Virus record (IMG/VR): IMGVR_UViG_3300025436_000002
Coordinates: 32,001-96,000 of that record
Length of the DNA: 64,000 nt
From: a virus
Direction: 5' to 3' (one strand)
The notes beneath the pieces are model-generated. The model was not told where the DNA came from. It worked only from the letters and a program-made list of their open reading frames with translations, and did not search any database. Of the stretch, positions 9,697 through 18,374 are shown piece by piece. Positions within the stretch are counted from its first letter, which is position 1; each line of letters begins with the position of its first letter. The position numbers were made by a program, and so were the translations under genes.

Positions 9697-9796
9697 CGGG
9701 GTAGTAGATGCTTGGCATGTTAATGAGCTTCTGTATAGTGAAGTCAGAGTACATTACGGATCTTTAATTAAAAAACTAAAAGAAGAGAATAGATAA
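9674..9796 (+). CDS. 40-aa tail assembly chaperone C-terminal segment (gp51/T-like; possibly reached by +1 frameshift)
   Basis: MKFLLATNGVVDAWHVNELLYSEVRVHYGSLIKKLKEENR*; TAATG overlap with tape measure; frame is open from 9632. Confidence 0.7.
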   Translation: MKFLLATNGVVDAWHVNELLYSEVRVHYGSLIKKLKEENR

Positions 9797-12276
9797 TGGC
9801 TAACGGTCAACCTGAAAATCCGAATATTAAAAACCCATTCTTAGAATTTTCTAAGAACTTTACTAACTTCATGAAATATTCTGAGTCTGTAGACAGAAGT
9901 AGGAATGTAAACACGGAAAAACTTATGAAGGAAATGGCTATTCAGTATAAACTCCTGAGGACTGCTTATGAGAAAGGGAATATTACAGCTAAGAAGGGGA
10001 AAGAAGAAGACTTATATAATGATAAGGGATTCTTTAAACTTCTTGAGCTCATGGACGGGGTTGACTCTAAGTTAGAGAAGGTTATAGATAAATATTTAAA
10101 GGGTAAGAATTTAGTTAAGGGTGAGAAAGTAGACCTATCTAAATTTTTGGAAGGAATGCAGGAATCTCTTAGAGAAACTAAAGAGAAAGTTGGCATTCCT
10201 ACCAAGGATGTCCTCAATAATTTCAAAACATTATTAAATAGTAGTGATGCTAGTGTGAATTATCAACTAGATCTATTAGACTTTTTAAGGGAATATGCTA
10301 AGGAAGATATAGCAGTATCTGAGGATTTAAAAACCCTGATATCCGAAGTTTTGAGATCCAATAAAATATCTGATGAGGATAGGGTCAGGTTAAATCAAGA
10401 ATTATCAAATACTATAGAGGAATATAGTCGAAATCAGTCCACAGCTTTCTCTCCTTTTGCGAGACTGAGAAGAACCTTAGATACTACTAACCTTACTATG
10501 CAAGGTATGGTAACTTCCTTAACGTCTAACCAACAAAGACAAGGTGGAAATCAAGGTGGAAATCAAGGTGGAAATCAAGGTGGAGGAGGGCATGGATTTG
10601 CAGAAAGAATACAACGATTTGTTACTGAAAGAACTGGGGAAGCCACTACAGCTTCTGTAAGAAATCTTGCAGTGGGTGCTTCAGAGATGCTACCTGAACC
10701 CCTAAAGCCAGTGGCTGCCATAACAGCTTCATCTGCACCTTTAATATCTGAGGCTGTCATGACAGCCTTAACAGCTAATGCAGGTTGGGCTACCTTTAAG
10801 AATTTGGGCAGTGCCATAGGACCTCTAGCTAAGACAATGACAGTTCTAAAGGGGGTAGGCATGGTAGCTAAACCACTAGCGTTAGGTTTAGCTGGTATTG
10901 AAGGAGTTACAAGAGCTACTGAGGAAATCAATAGGGGTAAGGGGAATGTTTTAGATAAAACTTTAAGTGTTCCTACAAAATTTGCGGAAGGTTTCACATC
11001 TTCCATGACTTTAGGACTATCTGATAAACTATTTGGAGCTTTAAAGCCATCTAAAGAATTTCAAAAGAGATTAGAATCTGGTCAAGTTAAAAAAATGTGG
11101 GATTTTAATTCAGGTGTTAAAAATAACAAGGCAGATGGCACCAACAACATCTTGGGAGGCATGGGTAATGATACATTAGGGGATGTGATAAAAGAGGAAA
11201 ATAGAAAAATATACGGTCCTAACTTAGATTTAGGTCAAATTTTTACAAATAGCCTTAAGACTCTTTTTCCTTTTCTAGGTGAGGGTAAATCAACTGAACA
11301 AATTAAAATAGACTATGCTAATGAACAAGCTGGACTTGCTAAGAAGGATAAGGAATTCGTGAATACGATTAAAAAGAAAGAAACTTACACTGAGGCAGGG
11401 GGGGGAGTAGGTGGATTTCTAGGTGGCTTAGTAGGTAAGAAAAAAGAAGGTGAGAAACTAGGAACGGAAGTAGGAGCTAAGGTATACGATATAGGCAAAA
11501 CTGGATTTCATAGAGGAAAAGAAATAATAGACCAATACGGGAATAGGAGAGTTTTATCTACGAACCCAGAAGATAAAGCTCAAAGAACTACTTTTGGAAA
11601 AAATTCTAGGGGAGAGGACATTACCTCAGGAGACATAGAGAGGGGTAAATTAGCTAAGTCTCTCAACAAGAATAAAGAATTTGAAAGTTTAGGGGGTAAA
11701 AGTTCTTGGTATCGTCCTAGTCAGTTTAGTCAAGATATAGCCTACGGTAAAAAAGGAACCTCCACAGTATTAAATGAATTCGCAGGGCAAGGAGCTAAAT
11801 TTACACTTTCTGGAGCTATGGGTACGTCTGCAAGTAAGCATACTGGAAAAGGTTCTGGAAAAGGTCATGAGTCTGGTTCTAAATTCGATATAGTCCCTAA
11901 GACTGGAGAAACTCTTGAAGGTCTTTATGAGAAAGCATTAAAGAATCCAAGATTCTCAGAAGTAAGTATAGAGAATAAGGGAACCGATAACGCACATGTT
12001 GACGTTCAGATTGCAAAGTCAGTGTATGAGAATGTTAAGAAAAATGAAGAGTTAGTAGCTAATGCTAAGAAAAAAGAAGTATTAGTAGCTAAAGCAAGAC
12101 CAGATGTTATAGTAGCCCCCCCTAAAACACCGCCAAAAGAACAGGGAACTAAAATAGCTCCAGCACCTAGTCCAGTAGTAGCGAGTGCTCCTCCAGATAG
12201 ACAAAAGTCTGAAAGAAAAACAAAGTCGGATCATGCAATGGTAGATATGTATAATGTACACGGAGTTTTAGGATAA
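9796..12276 (+). CDS. tape measure protein with C-terminal putative Zn peptidase (M15/LAS-type) domain
   Basis: Long helical Ala/Gly-rich protein after the chaperones; H-x6-D (HESGSKFD) and downstream HVD. Confidence 0.8.
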   Translation: MANGQPENPNIKNPFLEFSKNFTNFMKYSESVDRSRNVNTEKLMKEMAIQYKLLRTAYEKGNITAKKGKEEDLYNDKGFFKLLELMDGVDSKLEKVIDKYLKGKNLVKGEKVDLSKFLEGMQESLRETKEKVGIPTKDVLNNFKTLLNSSDASVNYQLDLLDFLREYAKEDIAVSEDLKTLISEVLRSNKISDEDRVRLNQELSNTIEEYSRNQSTAFSPFARLRRTLDTTNLTMQGMVTSLTSNQQRQGGNQGGNQGGNQGGGGHGFAERIQRFVTERTGEATTASVRNLAVGASEMLPEPLKPVAAITASSAPLISEAVMTALTANAGWATFKNLGSAIGPLAKTMTVLKGVGMVAKPLALGLAGIEGVTRATEEINRGKGNVLDKTLSVPTKFAEGFTSSMTLGLSDKLFGALKPSKEFQKRLESGQVKKMWDFNSGVKNNKADGTNNILGGMGNDTLGDVIKEENRKIYGPNLDLGQIFTNSLKTLFPFLGEGKSTEQIKIDYANEQAGLAKKDKEFVNTIKKKETYTEAGGGVGGFLGGLVGKKKEGEKLGTEVGAKVYDIGKTGFHRGKEIIDQYGNRRVLSTNPEDKAQRTTFGKNSRGEDITSGDIERGKLAKSLNKNKEFESLGGKSSWYRPSQFSQDIAYGKKGTSTVLNEFAGQGAKFTLSGAMGTSASKHTGKGSGKGHESGSKFDIVPKTGETLEGLYEKALKNPRFSEVSIENKGTDNAHVDVQIAKSVYENVKKNEELVANAKKKEVLVAKARPDVIVAPPKTPPKEQGTKIAPAPSPVVASAPPDRQKSERKTKSDHAMVDMYNVHGVLG
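10540..10584 (+). repeat. 12-bp tandem repeat (CAAGGTGGAAAT)x3.75 encoding QGGN
   Basis: Exact repeat read from the sequence. Confidence 0.95.
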
Positions 12277-12941
12277 TGAATATATACGATTCAGTTATAA
12301 ATAATGAGAGTTTGAGGGTTATGTTAATAATCCCCCCCGAATCTGGAAAATCTCCAGATGAGAAGTCAGCTAAGAACGACTCTGTTATCTATGGGTATCT
12401 TGAAAATCCTTTTGAGGTAAATACCTCCTTAGAGTGGTCGGATAAGCTATTTGGAAGAGACTATGCTACAAATTTGAACAAGTTAGTAGGGCAATTAGGG
12501 GGAGATATACAAGTCCTCAATATATTAGATACTATGCAAACACCCATAGCAACAAGGATACCCGAATTTAAACTTGAATTTTATGTAATAGCTACTAAAA
12601 AAGACGACAATCCTATGAAAAAAGTATTACGTCTTTATGAGTCTACGTTTCCAGAAAGAGTAAGTGTAGGTACAGTGAAATACCACTGGGGGTTTGTTCC
12701 AAACGCTCTTGCAGAGTCAGGAGGTAGTTCCCTAACACAGCAACCCACTAAAGGAACAGTTATAGTTACCATAGGTAAATGGTTCAGGGCTATAAATATG
12801 ATTTTAAAGAACCCAGTTTTAACATACTCAGATACTGTGGGTACTAATGGAAAGCCTCTATGGGTAAAAGTGAGTGTTATAGTAATGCCAAGAAGACTTC
12901 CATACGCGGATGAGTTTGCAAGTATGTTTTTAGTTGATTAG
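12276..12941 (+). CDS. baseplate/tail tube cap protein (gp48-like)
   Basis: Position after tape measure; VTIGKWF, GKPLWVKVSV. Confidence 0.6.
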   Translation: MNIYDSVINNESLRVMLIIPPESGKSPDEKSAKNDSVIYGYLENPFEVNTSLEWSDKLFGRDYATNLNKLVGQLGGDIQVLNILDTMQTPIATRIPEFKLEFYVIATKKDDNPMKKVLRLYESTFPERVSVGTVKYHWGFVPNALAESGGSSLTQQPTKGTVIVTIGKWFRAINMILKNPVLTYSDTVGTNGKPLWVKVSVIVMPRRLPYADEFASMFLVD

Positions 12942-12954
12942 ATGGAGTTAGTAA

Positions 12955-13296
12955 ATGTTTTACGTTAATTCAGACTACATAAGTAACGAGAAATACGATT
13001 TAGGTAAGTTCATGCCTTTCGAGTTAGATAATTTTGACGTACTAAACTCCTACTTTCTAGAGAATTTTATAAAACTCCCCCAAGTTGGAACTTTCACTAT
13101 AAGTACTGAAGAATACAGACCTGACCTAATATCGTATAAAATATATGAAAATGTATATTACTGGTCTTTAATATTAATGTACAATGACATAATAGACTTA
13201 GAAGATTTGATTACAGGAACTTCTTTAAAATACTTTGGGGTTATGGATTTAGAAAATTTATTTTTTAATCTTCGATCATTTGAAAACAAATCTTAA
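12955..13296 (+). CDS. baseplate wedge protein (gp53-like, LysM-like)
   Basis: EYRPDLISYKIY...YWSLILMYNDI. Confidence 0.88.
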   Translation: MFYVNSDYISNEKYDLGKFMPFELDNFDVLNSYFLENFIKLPQVGTFTISTEEYRPDLISYKIYENVYYWSLILMYNDIIDLEDLITGTSLKYFGVMDLENLFFNLRSFENKS

Positions 13297-13308
13297 GAGA
13301 GGAATACT

Positions 13309-15333
13309 ATGACAATTGAAATAGTGGGACAATATGTATTTTCAGTCTCCATAGGAAAATATAAGGACTTCATACAAGATAGTGATCTCACAGAGTTTGC
13401 TTTATTTGAAGAGGCTGGATGCGTGCTACCCTATTTTGACTTAATATTTAAGTTTGCTATACCTGATCTAAGAAACTACTTAGTGGAAGATAACGTGTTG
13501 TCTATCACTTTTGGCTCTAGCAGAGACGATATGAGGACACTACCTTTTCGTATAAAAGTTAAGAATATAGTTGAATTTGGTCATGGGGCATGGAGAGCTT
13601 CCATAGGAGGAGTCTACGATGCGGTATCCTTTCTAGAAGAGACAGGGACTGAATGTATAAAAGGGGATAGTGGAGAAAATATCTCAGCAACAGAAGCGTT
13701 GAGTAAAGTAACTTCTAGATATTTTAAATTTGATACTAATGTTACTAAGGATACAAGTAATCAAAAATGGCTAAGATGTAAAAAAACTACTAGAGATTTT
13801 GCTATGGATATGTGGTTACATTCTACACTCAATGATTCATTTCCAGCAGTAGCTATAACCAAAGATGGTAAGTTTCTATTCAAAGACATAGCTAAGTCAG
13901 TGTCAGAGGAACCTAAGTGGGTATTTACTGACGTATCAAGTAATTTAAGCAATAGCGTTAAAACATCAGGACATCCAGAAATAATAAATGACTCTGGAAT
14001 AGTTAGCCTTCTAATTCAGAATAAGAAGAACAATGTATATGACATGGATTCAGGAAGTAAGGATGAATTTACATTTGAAGGTAAATCAATGTTAGCCAAC
14101 ACTGCTATGGTAGAAGAGTCATCGTCTCAACTTAAAGATAGTATAAATTACATTACTAATGGAAATGTACATACTAGTTATTGGAATTCCTATATACATA
14201 ACTTAGGATTCCTCACACTGTTCTCAGGGGCTAGGGCGATACTATCTTACACTGATAGGCTTATAGATACTATGCAAGTTCTAGACGTAGCTAGTTATCT
14301 TCCCACTAAACTTGATAGATCTGGAGAGACTGAAAGTGTATATTCAGGTAAGTACTTAATATCTCAAATAGTCAGGATAATAGGAGCAGGTAGAAATCTT
14401 AAGACACATGTAACACTTAGCAGGGAATCATTCAACGAGGTTAGAGATTATATGAGTGAACTGGAATCACAACAACCACAGATGATAACTGAGGATACGG
14501 AATACACAGATGCCATGCAGAAACTTCAAGACGCAATTACAAATATCAAAGCTTTCTTTGATATCCTAGGTATTAAGTTAGATATTCCGTCTATGAGAAT
14601 ACTTGCACAAAATTTAATTGATGTATTTAAGGGTATGTTCGGTTACGACGAACAGGGTATTTGGATTAAACAAGATTATCTTAAAACAGTAAAAGAAGCT
14701 AATCTTAACGATTCTATACTTAGGCAAATATTCTCATTCCTGTCTGAGCGGGGAGAGACTGTCATATTAGCAGCAGACAGTAGTATAATGACGAGACTTC
14801 TTAGTGGGGATTTTAGTGAGTATATTACTAATAGCGTATTAAGAATTCCGAATCTAGGAAATACTGGACTGCTCCCAGATAGTTTTACATCCAGTGTTTT
14901 CTCATGGTACTCTTCTGGATTAATAGATGAAGATAATGCTAATACAGGTAATACAGATCTAGACGGCATATTAAAGGATACAGTTACTTACTTAAAGACT
15001 ACTGGAATCGTATCACAAGTGGACAATTCAATGTCTAGAAGATATTGGGGATGCTTAGATAAGGATATTATAAATGAATTAGATATTAAGAATTTATATA
15101 GTGACGAAACTAAGAGAAGATACTTGAATAAAATGATAACAGTTAAGAAGGGTTATATTTATTTAATATATTCTACAAACTTAGGCGAAGCCACCATCAA
15201 GATAAACGGAAAAGTATATACTAATTTAGAAATGAAGACTAGAAGTTTAAAATTAGACGGTACATTTAGAAATTATTTCGTATATCGTACTAAGGATCTA
15301 TTTTCTAGTAAAACGCTAATTGAGGTATTGTGA
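13309..15333 (+). CDS. baseplate hub protein with C-terminal extension
   Basis: Between gp53-like and spike genes; YSGKYLISQI...TLSRES typical of hub C-termini, followed by ~290 further residues. Confidence 0.7.
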   Translation: MTIEIVGQYVFSVSIGKYKDFIQDSDLTEFALFEEAGCVLPYFDLIFKFAIPDLRNYLVEDNVLSITFGSSRDDMRTLPFRIKVKNIVEFGHGAWRASIGGVYDAVSFLEETGTECIKGDSGENISATEALSKVTSRYFKFDTNVTKDTSNQKWLRCKKTTRDFAMDMWLHSTLNDSFPAVAITKDGKFLFKDIAKSVSEEPKWVFTDVSSNLSNSVKTSGHPEIINDSGIVSLLIQNKKNNVYDMDSGSKDEFTFEGKSMLANTAMVEESSSQLKDSINYITNGNVHTSYWNSYIHNLGFLTLFSGARAILSYTDRLIDTMQVLDVASYLPTKLDRSGETESVYSGKYLISQIVRIIGAGRNLKTHVTLSRESFNEVRDYMSELESQQPQMITEDTEYTDAMQKLQDAITNIKAFFDILGIKLDIPSMRILAQNLIDVFKGMFGYDEQGIWIKQDYLKTVKEANLNDSILRQIFSFLSERGETVILAADSSIMTRLLSGDFSEYITNSVLRIPNLGNTGLLPDSFTSSVFSWYSSGLIDEDNANTGNTDLDGILKDTVTYLKTTGIVSQVDNSMSRRYWGCLDKDIINELDIKNLYSDETKRRYLNKMITVKKGYIYLIYSTNLGEATIKINGKVYTNLEMKTRSLKLDGTFRNYFVYRTKDLFSSKTLIEVL

Positions 15334-16034
15334 TGTTAGCAAATCCAACAAAATGGCTCAGGGAATCGACTTTGACCAAACCAATAACATACTCTGGAAC
15401 TATTATAGACAACAATGATCCTCTTAAAATAGGAAGAGTTACTGTAAGAGTTAAAGAGATGTATGGGGGTTATGGAGAAGATCACATATTAGACGAAGAC
15501 TTACCATGGATAAACCAACAACCCGCTAGTTTTCTAGGAAATAGTATAGAGACTTCATCATTTGCAGTGCCTGAAATAGGAACTGAAGTATCCGTAGAAT
15601 TTCCCACATCTGACTCATATTTCGGATATTATAAGGGTGGAAGTAATACGATTTTGAATAGAAACGATGCTTTTGATGAGGATTACCCAAACTCCTATGG
15701 ATTCACAGACAGTACTGGTAATATTTTCAAGGTGAATAAAACTAAAGGCACATGGGAGTTTAAACATCCCTCAGGAAACTATGTCAAGATGAACCAAGAT
15801 GAGACAATAGACATCTATCAGGCTTCTGGGAACACCTTAAAGATGAATCCAGACGGAACGGTGGATTTAATAACTACAACTCTCAACATAACTGCAACGA
15901 CTACGAATATATCTGGAGATCTAAACGTAACTGGGATAATAACAACTCCAGACTGTCTATCAAGTGGAAAATCTGGAGCTACTCATACCCATACCGTTCC
16001 AGAACACGCAGGTATCTCATCAGCACCTCTATAA
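15330..16034 (+). CDS. baseplate central spike (gp5/gpV-like OB fold)
   Basis: GTIIDNNDPLKIGRVTVRV, LPW, VPEIGTEVSVEF, C-terminal HTH metal-binding tip motif. Confidence 0.92.
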   Translation: MMLANPTKWLRESTLTKPITYSGTIIDNNDPLKIGRVTVRVKEMYGGYGEDHILDEDLPWINQQPASFLGNSIETSSFAVPEIGTEVSVEFPTSDSYFGYYKGGSNTILNRNDAFDEDYPNSYGFTDSTGNIFKVNKTKGTWEFKHPSGNYVKMNQDETIDIYQASGNTLKMNPDGTVDLITTTLNITATTTNISGDLNVTGIITTPDCLSSGKSGATHTHTVPEHAGISSAPL

Positions 16035-16049
16035 AGAAAGGATATTAGA

Positions 16050-16406
16050 ATGTTATACTCAGATATAAATAGTAATAACGCTTATGACAATCCCATAGTG
16101 GAGGATCTAGACTCTATAATGCAAAGTGTTACAAATATAATGACATGTACTAAGGGCGAAATGCCATTCCTACCTGAATTTGGGGGTAAAGAAGAAAGTT
16201 ATATATTTGAAATAGTCGATGTCGTAGGGTCTCTTCTAATGTTTCAATCAATAATAAACAATATTAATGCGTATGAACCACGAGTAACTTTAAACTTAGC
16301 ACAGTCCTCAGTCACCCCAGACTATGATAATAACTCATACAACGCTGTGATAGCTTTTCAAATAAAAGGAATGACTGGTAATTTTTCAGTGAATAGAGTT
16401 ATCTAA
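16050..16406 (+). CDS. baseplate wedge protein (gp25-like)
   Basis: SIMQSVTNIMTCTKGEMPFLPEFG, YEPRV. Confidence 0.92.
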   Translation: MLYSDINSNNAYDNPIVEDLDSIMQSVTNIMTCTKGEMPFLPEFGGKEESYIFEIVDVVGSLLMFQSIINNINAYEPRVTLNLAQSSVTPDYDNNSYNAVIAFQIKGMTGNFSVNRVI

Positions 16407-16409
16407 CTA

Positions 16410-16438
16410 TTGACTTTTCTTTATTAGTATGTTATACT
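16410..16438 (+). promoter_or_regulatory. sigma70-type promoter
   Basis: TTGACT-N17-TATACT with TG extension. Confidence 0.8.
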
Positions 16439-16464
16439 ATGTATTATTAATAGTATGGAGAATT

Positions 16465-18312
16465 ATGTTGAAGAAAACTGGAACTAACTTTATAATATCA
16501 AAGACAGGTCTTATTTATCTCAAAGATAGTATAGAATGTTGGAAACCTGCATATCTAGAATACTTAGATGGAAAATCATTAAAGGTATTGGAAGGGTTAC
16601 TGGGCATTAGTGAGGGAACTTTTAAAAAGTATTTCTTAAAATTTGGGTTTTCCTTAAGAAACGCAGAAGAGAGTAAAGAACAGAGAGTAAAAACAAATAT
16701 ACTTAAATATGGAGTTCCATATGTGTTACAATCTAAAGAGATTAAAGATAAAGGCATAACTACCAATAGAGAGAAATATGGAACCGACTATGCCTCACAA
16801 GCCGAAGAGATTAGAGACAAAATAAAGGATACTAATCTCGAAAGGTATGGATTTTCATCAGCTACCAAATCTGAAAAAGTCAAAGATAAGATAAAGGCTA
16901 CTTGCATTCATAAATATGGGGTTGAGTATGCTGTTCAGTCTAAAGAATCTGTAGCTAAAAAAGAGTCTACTAATTTAGAAAGGTACGGAGTAATCAACCC
17001 GTTCCAATCAGAAGATATTAAGAATAAAATAAAGAAAACTAATCTAGATAAGTATGGATTTTCATCAGCTACCCAATCCGAATTGATAAAAAGTAGGATA
17101 AGAAAAACTAATTTAGAGAAATATGGCTGTATTCATGCTCTCCAAACAGAAGAATCCATGAGTAAATTGAGAAGTACAAATATATTTAAATATGGATATC
17201 CATACGCTATGCAATCTTCTAAGATAGCCAGTAAAGTAAGAAAATTTAAGAAAGAGTCCGTATTAGAGAGTATTAAAAATAGATTTAATTCGAAGGAATC
17301 CGAGTACACGTTATTAGATAGCTATAAAGGCGTATTCTACAACGTAGGTAATAAACTAAAATGGGTTAAATATAGCGTAAAGCATAGGGTATGTGGTTCT
17401 GTTTTTAAAAGTGCCATGAAAGCTGATATAAAATGTCCAATATGTTTTCCTCAGATGAGGGGAGAATCTCAGAGTAAAATACAAGAATTTATAAATTCTT
17501 TAAATATTGACACTGTAGTTAATGATAGGGGGACTATATATCCCCTAGAGATAGATATTTTAATACCTAAGTTGGGCATTGGATTTGAGTATAACGGGAG
17601 TTACTACCATAGTTCTAAGTTTAAGGTATCTAGCTCTTACCACAAAGTAAAAACGGAGTCTTCACTAGCGAAAGAGATTAAGTTATATCATATATGGGAA
17701 CATGACAACGAAGATATAATAAAGAGCATGATCAGATCAACATTGGGGAGATGTGAGTGTAGGTATCATGCTCGTAAACTTAAAGTTAAAGAAGTAAGCA
17801 TTAGAGAACGTAGAGACTTCTTTAACAATAATCATCTTCACGGGGATGTAAGTAGTAACTTGGCTTTAGGATTATACGAGGGTTCTAAATTAGTAAGTTG
17901 TATATCTTTCAGGAAGTGTAGGGAAATCATTGAGATAGCTAGGTTCGCCACACTCTTAAACTCATCATGTGTAGGAGGATTTTCAAGATTATTAAAAAGT
18001 AGTATCCATGAATATAAAATGCAAGGTTATACTAAAATAATAACGTATTGTGATCGAGACTGGACACCTAATTATAAAGATTCAGTATATTTTAAAAATG
18101 GTTTTAGATTTATAGGGGATACTGGAGTTCAATTAAAATATTACAATGAACGTAGGGAAGTAGTTAGTAGAGAGAAATATCAGAAACATAAACTTAAAAA
18201 AATGTTTCCAAAGTCATATTCAGATACCAAAACAGCAGATCAGATATTGGAAGAAAATAGTATCTATTCAATACATAATAGTGGTAATTGGAAATTCGAA
18301 ATGGATATTTAG
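16465..18312 (+). CDS. Hef-like homing endonuclease with C-terminal GNAT/Mom-like domain
   Basis: Tandem TNLEKYG-type repeats, CPIC, EIDILIPKLGIGFEYNGSYYH; EIARFA...VGGFSRLL...ITYCDRDW...YFKNGF; start moved to 16465 (GGAG RBS; 16429 overlaps the -10). Confidence 0.85.
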   Translation: MLKKTGTNFIISKTGLIYLKDSIECWKPAYLEYLDGKSLKVLEGLLGISEGTFKKYFLKFGFSLRNAEESKEQRVKTNILKYGVPYVLQSKEIKDKGITTNREKYGTDYASQAEEIRDKIKDTNLERYGFSSATKSEKVKDKIKATCIHKYGVEYAVQSKESVAKKESTNLERYGVINPFQSEDIKNKIKKTNLDKYGFSSATQSELIKSRIRKTNLEKYGCIHALQTEESMSKLRSTNIFKYGYPYAMQSSKIASKVRKFKKESVLESIKNRFNSKESEYTLLDSYKGVFYNVGNKLKWVKYSVKHRVCGSVFKSAMKADIKCPICFPQMRGESQSKIQEFINSLNIDTVVNDRGTIYPLEIDILIPKLGIGFEYNGSYYHSSKFKVSSSYHKVKTESSLAKEIKLYHIWEHDNEDIIKSMIRSTLGRCECRYHARKLKVKEVSIRERRDFFNNNHLHGDVSSNLALGLYEGSKLVSCISFRKCREIIEIARFATLLNSSCVGGFSRLLKSSIHEYKMQGYTKIITYCDRDWTPNYKDSVYFKNGFRFIGDTGVQLKYYNERREVVSREKYQKHKLKKMFPKSYSDTKTADQILEENSIYSIHNSGNWKFEMDI

Positions 18313-18374
18313 TTGCTAAACACTTATTTTATATTCTATATAGGTAGAATGTAGAATATATAGGGTGTTTTATA

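Noticed and set aside
10540-10584. QGGN tandem repeat as a regulatory or phase-variable element
   Set aside because: Unit is 12 bp and in frame, so copy-number change only alters a low-complexity linker
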